A stretch of 64,000 nt of DNA, from IMG/VR virus record IMGVR_UViG_3300032267_001142, positions 64,001 to 128,000 of that record. The stretch is one strand, 5' to 3'. Positions 29,592-39,471 of this stretch are shown here, in pieces (within the stretch, counting starts at the first letter, position 1; the number at the start of each line of letters is the position of its first letter). This DNA comes from a virus. The position numbers and the translations under genes were made by a program. The notes under the pieces were generated by a model. The model was not told the origin of the DNA, made no database searches, and was given only the letters and a program-made list of their open reading frames with translations.

Positions 29592-30812
29592 TTAAAGCTC
29601 TGTTACTGCCACTACTTCCAGAGGGTCTTCCGAGTCTGTAACTACGGCCTCCTGTTTGAGGGCGTTCCTGAATTTCTCGAATAGAAAATCGGTAATCTTC
29701 TGGTTCTCTTCAAGGAATTCATATAGTTTGTCAGTGCCTTGGATTTTGGCTGGCATGACTAATCCAGCGGCGGCAAGCTCCTCAATCAGTTGAGTAGAGA
29801 ACTCTATCCATGACCCCTTTTTCTTCGCGTAGAAGGCAATTACCGCATCTCCTACCTCCCTTTGGACCCAAACAGACTTTCCTCCGGTCATTCCGTAACG
29901 AATTGGATATTTGACGCGAACGCTGTTTTTCTCATTGTTACTCTTGCGAACAGTAATAGGAACTAGGTGTCCTATGATTGGGTTTTTTGACTCGTTGTAT
30001 TTCGCATTCGGGTCTTTAAGAATGATATCGTCTTGGAATCGAGCATTGAACTCCCAAATATTCTCTGGATAGTGCAGAGCCCAGTTGCCTCCGCTAGAGG
30101 CAAAGTCCCTATGCTCAAGCTTAGCATAGGGGTCTATTTTCGGCTGAGCGGTTACTTGACTTGTGAACGCAAAGATATGGCCAAATTTAACCAAAGCTAG
30201 AGCTAGTTTTTGCATCATCTTCTTGCCTAAGACTTGCGGGCCAGCGACTTTATGTGAGTCTTCGTAAGCCTTACTCAAATCATCGCGCAGAATCAAGCCG
30301 TCCAAAGAATCGACGATGAACATATATTCCTGTTCGGTAGGATTGTTACGGATAAGATTCTCGACAAAATTACATACAGACTCGAAGATATTCGACTCGT
30401 ATATCAAGCAAGTGCCCTCCTGCCAGTCTTTAGGATGCGTCACGAATTTTACTCCAGAGCGAACTTGCAGTTCCTTTGAGAACTTGCCTTCGGCCTGAAC
30501 ATACAAACCCCTTCGTCCCTTTTCTAGAAGGAAGTTTCGCAGAATTTCCAAACATTCTGATGTTTTTCCTCCAGAGTTTCTTCCGACTAAGCGCAGAATT
30601 CCAGGAGTAATGCCTCCGCCAGTAAGAATGTCCAGCTTTAGAGAACCCGTGGATACACGATAATAACGACCGACTTGGAAATTATAGTGGTCTTTAGCGT
30701 TGTCCTTGTCCGACATGAACGCAAAAGCCTGTTCATCGGGGGTAACGACTTTTGAGCTTTCTGCATCTTCGCTAAATTCGTCTTTGACTGTTTTTTTATC
30801 TTTTGGAGGCAT
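29592..30812 (-). CDS. recA: RecA/UvsX-like recombinase
   Basis: STGSLKLDILTGGG, GRNSGGKTS, IVDSLDGL, TSQV, SGGNWALHY. Confidence 0.88.
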   Translation of the reverse strand: MPPKDKKTVKDEFSEDAESSKVVTPDEQAFAFMSDKDNAKDHYNFQVGRYYRVSTGSLKLDILTGGGITPGILRLVGRNSGGKTSECLEILRNFLLEKGRRGLYVQAEGKFSKELQVRSGVKFVTHPKDWQEGTCLIYESNIFESVCNFVENLIRNNPTEQEYMFIVDSLDGLILRDDLSKAYEDSHKVAGPQVLGKKMMQKLALALVKFGHIFAFTSQVTAQPKIDPYAKLEHRDFASSGGNWALHYPENIWEFNARFQDDIILKDPNAKYNESKNPIIGHLVPITVRKSNNEKNSVRVKYPIRYGMTGGKSVWVQREVGDAVIAFYAKKKGSWIEFSTQLIEELAAAGLVMPAKIQGTDKLYEFLEENQKITDFLFEKFRNALKQEAVVTDSEDPLEVVAVTEL

Positions 30813-30813
30813 A

Positions 30814-31176
30814 TTATTTACAAAAATCGACTATAGATTTGGGTTTGTTTATTGGTTGGGACGGAGCATAAGCCACGCCAACTTTGCTAGTTTCAAGAGC
30901 GTAAGGCTTATTTTCAGGAATGTCCAGCTTAAAGACGTCCCATCTTTTTTTGAAGAACTTTTTAGCAAATTCTGTGGTGAACATCACCATACTCTCGCCC
31001 TGAAAGGAGACCTCTAGCGAATCCCAAAACTCGGCGGATGGATACTTAGTCGCTAAGTCCATCGCGAATTTCATGTCTCTTGGCCAGATTATCTTCTTTT
31101 CTAGCACGTATTTCTTCACGATAGCTCTCGCGATTTTGCCTTCTGGCGGTGCGGATTTCTTTTTCTTTGCTGGCAT
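30814..31176 (-). CDS. Hypothetical basic protein
   Basis: TAATG coupling at 31176 gives the start MPAKKKK. Confidence 0.5.
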   Translation of the reverse strand: MPAKKKKSAPPEGKIARAIVKKYVLEKKIIWPRDMKFAMDLATKYPSAEFWDSLEVSFQGESMVMFTTEFAKKFFKKRWDVFKLDIPENKPYALETSKVGVAYAPSQPINKPKSIVDFCK

Positions 31177-31427
31177 TATCTCTTTTTGTATACTGGACAA
31201 TCTCTACAAACCGTCGGGCCTAAGAAGTTAATGTCCCTCTTTTCGCAGCGAAAACCCCTTTGTGTGTAGCTGCTACAGCATGTTTTTATTACTATGTCGA
31301 CCTCTTCTATAGTTCGGTGAACGCATGTCTCGAACATTTCCATGTAAGACGCCGCTTCGCTCTGCTTCGGGGCACTCGCGCTTGTGATTACTTTATCACC
31401 AACCCAAACTGTGTAGCTCTCTTCCAT
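31176..31427 (-). CDS. Hypothetical protein with C-terminal Cys cluster
   Basis: 83-aa ORF coupled to neighbours; CC...C...CxxC. Confidence 0.45.
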   Translation of the reverse strand: MEESYTVWVGDKVITSASAPKQSEAASYMEMFETCVHRTIEEVDIVIKTCCSSYTQRGFRCEKRDINFLGPTVCRDCPVYKKR

Positions 31428-31428
31428 T

Positions 31429-32388
31429 TTATGAAACTAAATCTGTAATGAGTTCATTATAGCTGTATTGTCTTTTGAACGCAAGCTCTTCGTAACACCG
31501 GCTAGGGGCTGAAACGAACGCTCGTTCAGGCTCTACGATTCCAGAAGAAGAATCAAATACTACCCTACCCATAACGTCGTTTTCGTCAATATCTAAAGCT
31601 TGAGCAAGAGACATAAGCAGTCGTCTTGGCGTTCGAGTCTCTCCACTTGAAAAAACATAGTTTCTCGCTAGCTTTTGTCTACAAACAGACCAAATCAATC
31701 CAATGAAGTCTTTAGCGTGAGACCAATCCTTCCGACTGTCTAAATTGCCAAGCTGTATCGTGTTGTTGTTCTTTTTGAAATCTTTCAGCCAGTCCGAAAC
31801 TTTACGAGAAAAGAAGTCCCTTCCCCTGACTTTGGATTCATGATTGAACATGACGCAGTGAGACGCCCAAACGCCAGACTGTCTAAAAAAATCACACGTT
31901 ACACGGCACGCGGCCTTAGAAAGTCCGTATAGCCCATGAGGCGCAATCGGTGTGTCGATTGTATGCTCCTCGTCTTTTGCCAAATACATCTCGTAACAGG
32001 AGCCGCAGGAAACAAACTTTATGTCAAGGCCGGTCTTTTGAATCGTTTCAAGGATTTTTGAAGGCAACCCCAAGTTACAGTCGAGCATTGTTGCCGCGTC
32101 CCCGTAGTTTGGGCGGCTTTTGCCAGCAAAATTTATAAAGCAAAAGGGGCGATAACGTAGCAATAACTCTGCTATCCTTGCAGAGAATTCAGAACTGTGA
32201 GGTTTCGTTAGCGTTGAAACCCCAACGACTACGACTCGTCCCTTCCGACACTCTGGAGGAACCCATCCGTTTTTCAAATCTTTTGGCCTCATCAATAATA
32301 CAACGGTGAGACCTTCTGACAGAAGCTTCTCCGTCATCAGAATCCCGTCTTGGCCAGCGCCACCAGTGATGAAGACTACATCGTTCAT
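31429..32388 (-). CDS. gmd: GDP-mannose 4,6-dehydratase-like SDR enzyme
   Basis: ITGGAGQDG, YGLSK, MFNHES, LGNLDSRKDWSHAKDF. Confidence 0.85.
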   Translation of the reverse strand: MNDVVFITGGAGQDGILMTEKLLSEGLTVVLLMRPKDLKNGWVPPECRKGRVVVVGVSTLTKPHSSEFSARIAELLLRYRPFCFINFAGKSRPNYGDAATMLDCNLGLPSKILETIQKTGLDIKFVSCGSCYEMYLAKDEEHTIDTPIAPHGLYGLSKAACRVTCDFFRQSGVWASHCVMFNHESKVRGRDFFSRKVSDWLKDFKKNNNTIQLGNLDSRKDWSHAKDFIGLIWSVCRQKLARNYVFSSGETRTPRRLLMSLAQALDIDENDVMGRVVFDSSSGIVEPERAFVSAPSRCYEELAFKRQYSYNELITDLVS

Positions 32389-33143
32389 TGCTCTTTGTGG
32401 ACGGTTGGTAATGGTATGGCGTTCAGCAGAAAATAGTTAAAATCGAATTCGAGAGATTGGGTTTCTTCGTTCCATTGAAACGAACAGCGACCGAAGTGTT
32501 TCTTCTGATATTCTACTTTGTCTTTCCCAACGCTATTAATCCAGCTTAGATGCTTTACATGGGCTATCGCTTTGGGGACTACCACAGTCGGAAGAGACTG
32601 ATACGAAACCTTTTCGCCGAATCTATTCAAATAGTTGACGTCATTATCCCAATAGAACTCGTCAATATTATGGTTGACTACCTCGGTTTTGAAGATTCTC
32701 GGAGGACAAAATCCGTCAATCCATTGCTTCTCATCAAAGACGCAGTTTTTGAAATTTATGGAAAGCCAAACCGCGAAAGGTTCGTTTTTCAAAAAGCTGA
32801 TTATACCCTTTATCTGTTCTAGCGTATAAAGCTCGTCCGCGTCGACTAGCCAGACGTAATCTACGCCGATTTCTTTGAAATAATGCAACGGTATGTTCCT
32901 CGCCTCGTGCTCTGACAGCGGCTTCGGAGAGTTTATTACTGTGGCCTTCGAGCTGGCTAGCATTTCTGAAACTTTTCTCAAAGTCGGGCCGTTATCTTTC
33001 TCGGGGAACCCCACAAACTGCGAGCTTATCACGCAGATTTCTTCGATTTCTTCAAGTTCGTCGCTTGCCTGCCGCCAAGCGGGCAAAGACCTCTCCAAGA
33101 AAGTTTCACAGTTATACGCGCAAAAAATGATACCAATTTTCAT
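32385..33143 (-). CDS. GT-A (GT2-like) glycosyltransferase
   Basis: IIFCAYNCE; VWLVDADELY DxD motif. Confidence 0.7.
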   Translation of the reverse strand: MKIGIIFCAYNCETFLERSLPAWRQASDELEEIEEICVISSQFVGFPEKDNGPTLRKVSEMLASSKATVINSPKPLSEHEARNIPLHYFKEIGVDYVWLVDADELYTLEQIKGIISFLKNEPFAVWLSINFKNCVFDEKQWIDGFCPPRIFKTEVVNHNIDEFYWDNDVNYLNRFGEKVSYQSLPTVVVPKAIAHVKHLSWINSVGKDKVEYQKKHFGRCSFQWNEETQSLEFDFNYFLLNAIPLPTVHKEQ

Positions 33144-33832
33144 CTGTTTGTATTATTTATGTCAAAGGCTGAGATTTCACCTGAATGTACGACGTAGTCT
33201 TTACCTACCGTAGCAACTCTATATCCCATATCATACATTCTGTCTCCAAAGCTATTTTCTGTGTCGTAGCTTCTGAAAGAATGAAAATTAGAACGAAAGA
33301 ACTCGAAATCTTGTAAAGATGGATTGAGAGAATAGCCGTGCCCGCGTCTGTGACCGATACGGTCGATGCCGCGCTCGCATATAAAATATTCCGTGCCATC
33401 GCTTAAGGTTCTCGGAGTATACATCTCCAACCGGCGCGACAGTACGGATTTTATTACGCCTTCGGATTCGTTAATAATTCTGAACGATTCGGCAAGGATA
33501 TTGCCTTTTCTGACGTATTCCCAATCGTCTTCTAGATGATAAATATATCGTGTCTTGACATTGTCCCAAATGCGATTAAGGCTAGCGGCCAACCCTTTCT
33601 CCGCGTCGTTTTTTGCTGTAAGAACCTCGATAGTCGCGAAATTTCCAAATAAAACATCAAGCTCGCGTTTCATAATCCGAACCTCTTCCTCGCTAGAGCT
33701 ATCGTCAGACAGGATGACGGAGCCAATACTCGTGACATCTAAACACGCTTGAGAGAACGCGCGCATCGTCTTAAGAAATAGCTCCAACCTCTTGCAAGAG
33801 GTTATCGTCAGGGTTACGTCGCCGCTAGTCAT
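33140..33832 (-). CDS. GT-A (GT2-like) glycosyltransferase
   Basis: TITSCKR, ILSDDSS, YHLEDDW, SLNPSL. Confidence 0.75.
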   Translation of the reverse strand: MTSGDVTLTITSCKRLELFLKTMRAFSQACLDVTSIGSVILSDDSSSEEEVRIMKRELDVLFGNFATIEVLTAKNDAEKGLAASLNRIWDNVKTRYIYHLEDDWEYVRKGNILAESFRIINESEGVIKSVLSRRLEMYTPRTLSDGTEYFICERGIDRIGHRRGHGYSLNPSLQDFEFFRSNFHSFRSYDTENSFGDRMYDMGYRVATVGKDYVVHSGEISAFDINNTNR

Positions 33833-34631
33833 TGCACTCTTCCCCGCGATGTAATACGTTATGAACGAACTTGCCTATACTCATTCCGTGTATGCGCTCA
33901 AAAGTTGCGTCGCCGTTATTATGCACAAAATTTTTGACCTTTGTAGTTTTGCAAATAAAGTGGTAAACTAAACTTCGACCAACCCCAACGAATTTTCTTA
34001 TTCCTACATCATAGAGCTTCTTTGCTAAGTCGGGGTCGCTACCGAAGCCTGGCGAGAATTCTGTAGAGTATCCTCCTACTTTTATCCAGTTATCCCTACT
34101 GACGATGCAAGGGGGCCAAGTCGAACCTTTCCTATTTGGAGATTGCTCTCTCAGGGCGGTCAGGTCTTTTATTAAGTCCGATTCTCTGAAAGTCTCGATG
34201 CTTTGACCATAATCTCTTGGAGCCAGACAACAAGGGTTATCACCCCGTGGCTCTATCATTGTAGAAGAAATAAACGCCTCGTTAGTGCCGATGTCTCTTG
34301 CACTAGCAAATAAAGCTAGCTCCACGTCCCAGCTTGGCAGGGCAAACATATCATCGTTAAAATAGATTGTTTGTTTTCTAGACGAAATCGAGAACGCGGC
34401 GTTCATAGATTCACAAACCCCGACGTTATTTTTGGTGTATGTGAACTTAAGACCTTCGGATTGAGCCCATTCTAAAGTCCCGTCAGTCCCCTCGTTAATG
34501 TGTAGCACAATTTCATGAGGGAATCGGCTATAATCTCTGATGCTCCTTACGCAAGCTTGAACGTATTTCAGGTTGTTCCAAGTAGGAATCAATACACTAA
34601 ACCCGTCCTGTATATCGTGATGCAAACTCAT
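33825..34631 (-). CDS. GT2 family glycosyltransferase
   Basis: VLIPTWNNL, NEGTDGT, NVGVCESMN, FNDDM, GGYSTEF...SDPDL. ATG 34631 follows the upstream TAG. Confidence 0.85.
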   Translation of the reverse strand: MSLHHDIQDGFSVLIPTWNNLKYVQACVRSIRDYSRFPHEIVLHINEGTDGTLEWAQSEGLKFTYTKNNVGVCESMNAAFSISSRKQTIYFNDDMFALPSWDVELALFASARDIGTNEAFISSTMIEPRGDNPCCLAPRDYGQSIETFRESDLIKDLTALREQSPNRKGSTWPPCIVSRDNWIKVGGYSTEFSPGFGSDPDLAKKLYDVGIRKFVGVGRSLVYHFICKTTKVKNFVHNNGDATFERIHGMSIGKFVHNVLHRGEECND

Positions 34632-34633
34632 AT

Positions 34634-35434
34634 CTAATCGCGGAGACTTAGGCGGTGGTTCACCGTCGTTTTCTTTGTCAACTCTTCCAGTTTTGTCGGC
34701 ACTGATACCTCTTCTCCACACTCAGTTTTCCAGTGGCTATTCCAAAATGACCTATTTAATTCAGCCCTTCTTTCTAGATTGACGTAGCCGGTGTGGACGA
34801 CGAAAGGCAAACGCTTCCTAGCGAGAATCTCTAGCCTCTCTTCCGTAGATAGAGACTGAATAATGTTCGGGAGCGTGTGAGCTAAATCCCCTTTGCCGTC
34901 TAGCAATTCGCAGCCGTCAGATTTGGTGATATCGTGCGTTCCGTCGGGCTTCTTCGCAAAATTTACTACCCCTCTATGATAGCCAGAGCGATGAATATAC
35001 CATTTCTGACCCACATCAGAAACATGATACTCGTCGCCATAAAGATTGACAACCGGAACGAAAGCCGCTGGGAAACCAAAAGTCAGCATTTTCTCGGCCA
35101 AAGTGTCCCAAAGTCCATTAGCTATTTGCCAATAGGGAATATACTCGTCAAGGTCTAGACCTATTTTGAATAGACTAGAGGTTCTTTGTAAGGCGGCGTC
35201 TTTTAGCATCCCATCCATTTCAGGATGCGTATAAGGAATGTTTTCGCTTACGATTTTGAGCTTGCCACCGCAATACAGACGACCACACTCCTCTACCCTT
35301 GCTAAGGTGTCGTCTTCGCTTTTATTGACGGCAATAACTACTTCATCTGCTATCCGCGCAAACCGGCGAAGAGCCTGTCCGAAATTGAAACCGCCCTTGA
35401 TGAGGTTGAAGCCTGATGTATAAATCGAGAACAT
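34634..35434 (-). CDS. GT-A (GT2-like) glycosyltransferase
   Basis: EVVIAVNKSEDDT; GLDLDEY DxD motif. Confidence 0.7.
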   Translation of the reverse strand: MFSIYTSGFNLIKGGFNFGQALRRFARIADEVVIAVNKSEDDTLARVEECGRLYCGGKLKIVSENIPYTHPEMDGMLKDAALQRTSSLFKIGLDLDEYIPYWQIANGLWDTLAEKMLTFGFPAAFVPVVNLYGDEYHVSDVGQKWYIHRSGYHRGVVNFAKKPDGTHDITKSDGCELLDGKGDLAHTLPNIIQSLSTEERLEILARKRLPFVVHTGYVNLERRAELNRSFWNSHWKTECGEEVSVPTKLEELTKKTTVNHRLSLRD

Positions 35435-35443
35435 GAAATAGTC

Positions 35444-35472
35444 ATACTACCTTTCTATGACCGAGCAGTCAA
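35444..35472 (-). promoter_or_regulatory. Sigma70-like promoter for the GT/gmd cluster
   Basis: TTGACT, 17 nt, TAGTAT, 9 nt, ATG 35434. Confidence 0.6.
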
Positions 35473-35481
35473 GAAAAGATT

Positions 35482-37635
35482 TTAAGCTTCACATGATTTA
35501 CAGGCCAAAATGCTTCTTCCTAGCTCTTGGGCGGGAGACGTGCTTCTCTGATAATACAAAGTTTTTACTCCTAATTTCCAAGCCTCAATCAGCAACGCGT
35601 TGACTTCTTTTACTGAAGCTTTTGGATGAATCATTAGATTGATTGACTGAGACTGGTCAATATATTTTTGGCGTTGAGCGGCTTGAATGATGATTTCTTT
35701 TTGGCTAATCTCTCCGAAGGTTTTGAAGACATCCCTCTCGTTGTCAGTCAAGAAATCGAGATGCTGCACTGAGCCGTCGTGAATGAGGATGTTTTGCCAT
35801 ACTTCCTGAGTATCCTTGCTGTGCTTTTTAAGCACTTCTTTCAAATATGGGTTTTTGTATGTGAATTTGCCTTTGGCCAAGTCTTTGACGAAGTAGTTAG
35901 AGTTAAGCGGTTCGATTGATGGGGAGACCTGCCCCAGAATGAACGAGGATGACGTTGTAGGGGCTATCGCCATCGTCGTGACGTTACGCAGCCCATAACC
36001 CTTCAAAAGCGGTGGCTCGCCAAATAGAACGGCCCTAACTTTATTAGCTTCGTGGTTTCTTTCGGCCAAGAACTTGCTGATTTTCACGTTCCACATTTTT
36101 GCGTCGAATGACTCAAAAGCAATGCTTTTTGATTGAAGGAACGAGTGCCAGCCTAATGTTCCCATTCCTAGGGCGCGTTGATTGACGGCAAAGCGGTATG
36201 CAGCTTCCATGAAGCGGATGCCTTTAACTTTGTCGATGTATTCCGACATGACCGCGTCCAAAAAGAGCGCGAAGACTTCTACCGCATCCGTCTGCATCCA
36301 TTCTTCTGCATGCAATAGGTTCATTGAACCTAAATCGCAAACAAAAGACTCGTCCCTATCTGAAGCTAGGGCTATCTCAGAACAGTTATGAACTAGGATG
36401 TTGTTCGCGAAGAAATTTTCAGTCTTTTCTACTGTGATATCGTAAACGGCTTCGACGTGAGTGTATCTTTTAATTTTTAGCGTATTAATGAACCGCTCAG
36501 ATAGTCCCGAAGCATTACCGTTAGCACTTTGTCTAAGAATATCGTCTTCTTTTAAGTCCTGCGCTTCAACGTATCCTCGGTTTTGTGTGTAGATTTTATG
36601 TTCAGGCGTGCATTTTATGACGTTGCCTTGCTCGTCCTCAATTTCAATAATTTCCGTCGACTCTCCCGTTTGCGAGAAGAGCTTAACCGAAGAATAAACG
36701 TCCTTGCCGGTTTCGATGTCAAAGGATTTTACTTCTACTGGTTTATCCATGTAAAAATCCAAATCCTTCATTCGGACAGTTAGTTCTTCACCTTCTACAC
36801 GAATTTGGACTAATGTATCGCCGGTCAGACACAGGTTGGAGGCGTGAATCTTCATTCCTTTATCTTTGTAGACTTGCGGGGCGTTGTTGTTCACCGTGTC
36901 CGAGAACATGATGTAAGGATAGCCAGACTCAAATCTCTTCTTGATGATTTTCGCCCAAAGCTCGCGCTTGTCTTTGTCGCCTGAAATCATGGACTCCATC
37001 CACGCATCGGAAACCGTGACGCCGATGCTCATATGTTGGATAGCGTGACCCTCGTTGCGAATCTGTAGAAACTCGGCAATATCTGGGTGTTCGACGGGAA
37101 GATACGCCGCAAAGTTGCCACGACGAACTCCAGACTGCGATACGACTTCAGTAATTACGTCATATATCTCCATGAAATGAACGGGACCGCTAGAGCGTCC
37201 ACCACCAGAAACTTTAGCGCCGCGCTCACGCAATGCCCCGAAATATCCAGAAGTGCCGCTGCCGTGCTTCGACATCATTCCTATCTCGGAGGCTTTATAG
37301 AGAATCTCCCCCATATCATCTCCGATATAAGAGCCATTACAACTAATCGGAAGTCCTCTTTTGAGGCCGAAGTTCGCCCACACCGGAGAGGCTAAAGAGT
37401 AGTAACCTTTCTTCATGTATCCGACGAACTTCTCCGCGAAGCCTTTTAGCGCTTCGTAGTCGGTGTCGCCGCTTTCGACTTTTCCATTACGGAAGTCTTC
37501 ATAGTCTTTCAGTAGAATCGCTTGGGCAGCGTCAGCTATCTCCTGAATGCGGACTTCTGGAGACTGTCCATTTTGCAAATATCCGCGCTCAAGAAATGTG
37601 CGGGATTTTTCGTTAAGCCAATAAAAATCTTTCAT
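35482..37635 (-). CDS. nrdA: Class I ribonucleotide reductase alpha subunit, no ATP cone, intein-containing
   Basis: SLASPV, LPISC, GSGTS, RRGNFAAYL, SNL|CSEI, IAPTTSSS, QSQSINL, KTLYY. Confidence 0.95.
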   Translation of the reverse strand: MKDFYWLNEKSRTFLERGYLQNGQSPEVRIQEIADAAQAILLKDYEDFRNGKVESGDTDYEALKGFAEKFVGYMKKGYYSLASPVWANFGLKRGLPISCNGSYIGDDMGEILYKASEIGMMSKHGSGTSGYFGALRERGAKVSGGGRSSGPVHFMEIYDVITEVVSQSGVRRGNFAAYLPVEHPDIAEFLQIRNEGHAIQHMSIGVTVSDAWMESMISGDKDKRELWAKIIKKRFESGYPYIMFSDTVNNNAPQVYKDKGMKIHASNLCLTGDTLVQIRVEGEELTVRMKDLDFYMDKPVEVKSFDIETGKDVYSSVKLFSQTGESTEIIEIEDEQGNVIKCTPEHKIYTQNRGYVEAQDLKEDDILRQSANGNASGLSERFINTLKIKRYTHVEAVYDITVEKTENFFANNILVHNCSEIALASDRDESFVCDLGSMNLLHAEEWMQTDAVEVFALFLDAVMSEYIDKVKGIRFMEAAYRFAVNQRALGMGTLGWHSFLQSKSIAFESFDAKMWNVKISKFLAERNHEANKVRAVLFGEPPLLKGYGLRNVTTMAIAPTTSSSFILGQVSPSIEPLNSNYFVKDLAKGKFTYKNPYLKEVLKKHSKDTQEVWQNILIHDGSVQHLDFLTDNERDVFKTFGEISQKEIIIQAAQRQKYIDQSQSINLMIHPKASVKEVNALLIEAWKLGVKTLYYQRSTSPAQELGRSILACKSCEA
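36385..36831 (-). mobile_element. Mini-intein (149 aa) in NrdA, inserted immediately before the catalytic Cys
   Basis: CLTGDT start, CTPEH block B, VYDITV...NFFAN block F, LVHN end, +1 Cys of NLCSE. Confidence 0.95.
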
Positions 37636-37641
37636 ATAAGT

Positions 37642-38613
37642 TTAGAACAAATCGTCTGCCGTAAATGCTTTTGCTTTTTTAGCATAATCCACGGGGCGCT
37701 TGAAAAAGAAGTCGGTCGCGTTATTGCCGAGCACCTCTTCGTCCATCCATTCAAAATCACGAGCAAGCTCAGGGTTGATTTCGTAAATCTTGGAGTAGCC
37801 AATCTGCTGAAGCGAATCGTTGATTCGCGACTTGACATACTCTTTCAGCACGTCGGGATTCATTCGGGGTCCGACGTAATCTCCAATCATCCAATCAATT
37901 ATCTTCGATTCGGCTTTGAAAGCGTCCGCCGCCTCGGCCTTGATTCGCTCTTCCAGCTCCGCGTCGAATAGCTCAGGATACTCTTCTCGAAGCACGTTGA
38001 CCAGCTTGATACCGACCTGAGCGTGAATAAGCTCCTCGTTTTTTGTATAAAGGACTTGTTGGTTTGTATCTTTAAGAAGATTTTTGAATCTTCCGAACCA
38101 CAAAACCGTATAAAACTGGCTGAACAGAGACACATTCTCGATAAAGAGCGTGAACAAAATCAACGCATAGATGTAATTCTTCTTCGAGTTATCGTAAAAC
38201 CGGTGTGTGTATTTGCGTAGATAGTTTACGCGGCCAGATATGACGGCTTCTTTTAGATTTTCCTCGAAAATATCTTCTAGCTCAAGCTCCTTCAGAAGCC
38301 TTTCGTAAGCGTTATTATGAATGACTTCTACGTTAGCCATAACGTAGCCCAAGTCGGTGATGGACGGGTGCGGAAGATTGTCTCCAAGTTTCGCCCAAAA
38401 CTTTTTCACCGCGACCTCGATTTGCCCAATCGCAGAAAGCGTCCTAACTATCACCTGCTTTTCAAGTGGAGTAAGGGCGGTCTTAAAGTCTTGCTTGTCG
38501 CTCTGAAAATTGAACTCTTTATCGGTCCAAAAGCCGTTATGCATCGCCTCAATAAACTGCTCTGTCCAAGGGTAGAGATTCGGCTTGCGAGATACCTGTT
38601 CTTCAAATAGCAT
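37642..38613 (-). CDS. nrdB: Class I ribonucleotide reductase beta subunit
   Basis: FWTDKEF, EVIHNNAY (radical Tyr), ENVSLFSQF, EELIH, DFFFKRPVDY. Confidence 0.95.
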   Translation of the reverse strand: MLFEEQVSRKPNLYPWTEQFIEAMHNGFWTDKEFNFQSDKQDFKTALTPLEKQVIVRTLSAIGQIEVAVKKFWAKLGDNLPHPSITDLGYVMANVEVIHNNAYERLLKELELEDIFEENLKEAVISGRVNYLRKYTHRFYDNSKKNYIYALILFTLFIENVSLFSQFYTVLWFGRFKNLLKDTNQQVLYTKNEELIHAQVGIKLVNVLREEYPELFDAELEERIKAEAADAFKAESKIIDWMIGDYVGPRMNPDVLKEYVKSRINDSLQQIGYSKIYEINPELARDFEWMDEEVLGNNATDFFFKRPVDYAKKAKAFTADDLF

Positions 38614-38621
38614 ATCGAGAA

Positions 38622-39200
38622 TTAGGCTGAAGCTCCCTCTTTTTGAGAGAGGATAATCGGAGCAATATTCGCTTCGCTATATGAAGGAGACTTCATAATC
38701 TTTCCGTCGAGCCTTTTCACCAAAAACTTATCCGGCCCTACTTCGGTAATGACGCAGCTCGGGCTACCGGAAAGGACGGGTAGCCGTGTTTCGACGTCTT
38801 TGCCACTCCATAGTTTCGACATATTGGAGCGATGTATTTCGTCCTGAATAGGTTCGAGGTCAATCCCTGCGGCTACCGCAGTCCCAAATTCGGCCACATA
38901 AGCCAAATCTCCCAAACCGTCCGCCAGTTGCACCAAATCTGGCTCTTTCTCTTTTTTGAAATCAAAGGTTAGGCAATTCAGGGAGCCTTCCTTTACCGTG
39001 AAGTCTGAAGAGTGGTTTTCATAGCTATCGACCAACCTGACGCTTAATCCTAACCCCTTTGTGATAGTTTCAAAAGCCTCTTCAAGAATAAGAGCAGCTC
39101 TCAGCTTGGCTGTTTTTTCGTCTAATTGAATGGGACTTTTCGGAACCTCTTGTCCGAATTTAGTCATGAATTCCGCTACCTGTGTCTGTCCTTTTGTCAT
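38622..39200 (-). CDS. MazG-like/PRA-PH NTP pyrophosphohydrolase
   Basis: LILEEAFE, DGLGDLAYV, EIHRSNMSK, GKIMKSPSY. Confidence 0.85.
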   Translation of the reverse strand: MTKGQTQVAEFMTKFGQEVPKSPIQLDEKTAKLRAALILEEAFETITKGLGLSVRLVDSYENHSSDFTVKEGSLNCLTFDFKKEKEPDLVQLADGLGDLAYVAEFGTAVAAGIDLEPIQDEIHRSNMSKLWSGKDVETRLPVLSGSPSCVITEVGPDKFLVKRLDGKIMKSPSYSEANIAPIILSQKEGASA

Positions 39201-39209
39201 ATGCCTTCT

Positions 39210-39238
39210 ATATTACAGCCTATAGAACGGCAAGTCCA
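39210..39238 (-). promoter_or_regulatory. Sigma70-like promoter for the MazG-nrdB-nrdA unit
   Basis: TGGACT, 17 nt, TAATAT, 9 nt, ATG 39200. Confidence 0.5.
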
Positions 39239-39296
39239 GAAAAATCAGGAGGCTGGTCTTTTTTTATAGCGACTCGTCGCTATTTCGTGTAGGAGG

Positions 39297-39458
39297 CTAC
39301 GCTGACGCCTGCGTCAGCAATTCAATAGCTTTCAGGTAAGACTGCGCGTTAGCGCGCTCAAGCTCGGCCTGCTCGATATTCCCTCTGGATTCATTGATTG
39401 GGGCGTTGTTGAGCATCGTTTCTAGGTTGATTTGTAGTAGTGTGATGGCTTCGTTCAT
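39297..39458 (-). CDS. Small helical hypothetical protein (53 aa), absent from the ORF track
   Basis: ATG..TAG: MNEAITLLQINLETMLNNAPINESRGNIEQAELERANAQSYLKAIELLTQASA; fills the gap on the module strand. Confidence 0.5.
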   Translation of the reverse strand: MNEAITLLQINLETMLNNAPINESRGNIEQAELERANAQSYLKAIELLTQASA

Positions 39459-39471
39459 ATTCGGTTGTATG

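Noticed and set aside
31429-32388. Gmd catalytic-site degeneration
   Set aside because: The TSE region is divergent (GSCYE), but a Ser, the Glu and YxxxK remain, so inactivity is not supported.
37632-37838. 68-aa ORF ending at the nrdA start
   Set aside because: Lies within nrdB in another frame on the same strand with no motif; treated as a shadow ORF.
39266-39283. ATAGCGAC-TC-GTCGCTAT inverted repeat as a terminator
   Set aside because: The adjacent T-run lies on the wrong side for the minus-strand genes it would terminate, and the loop is only 2 nt.
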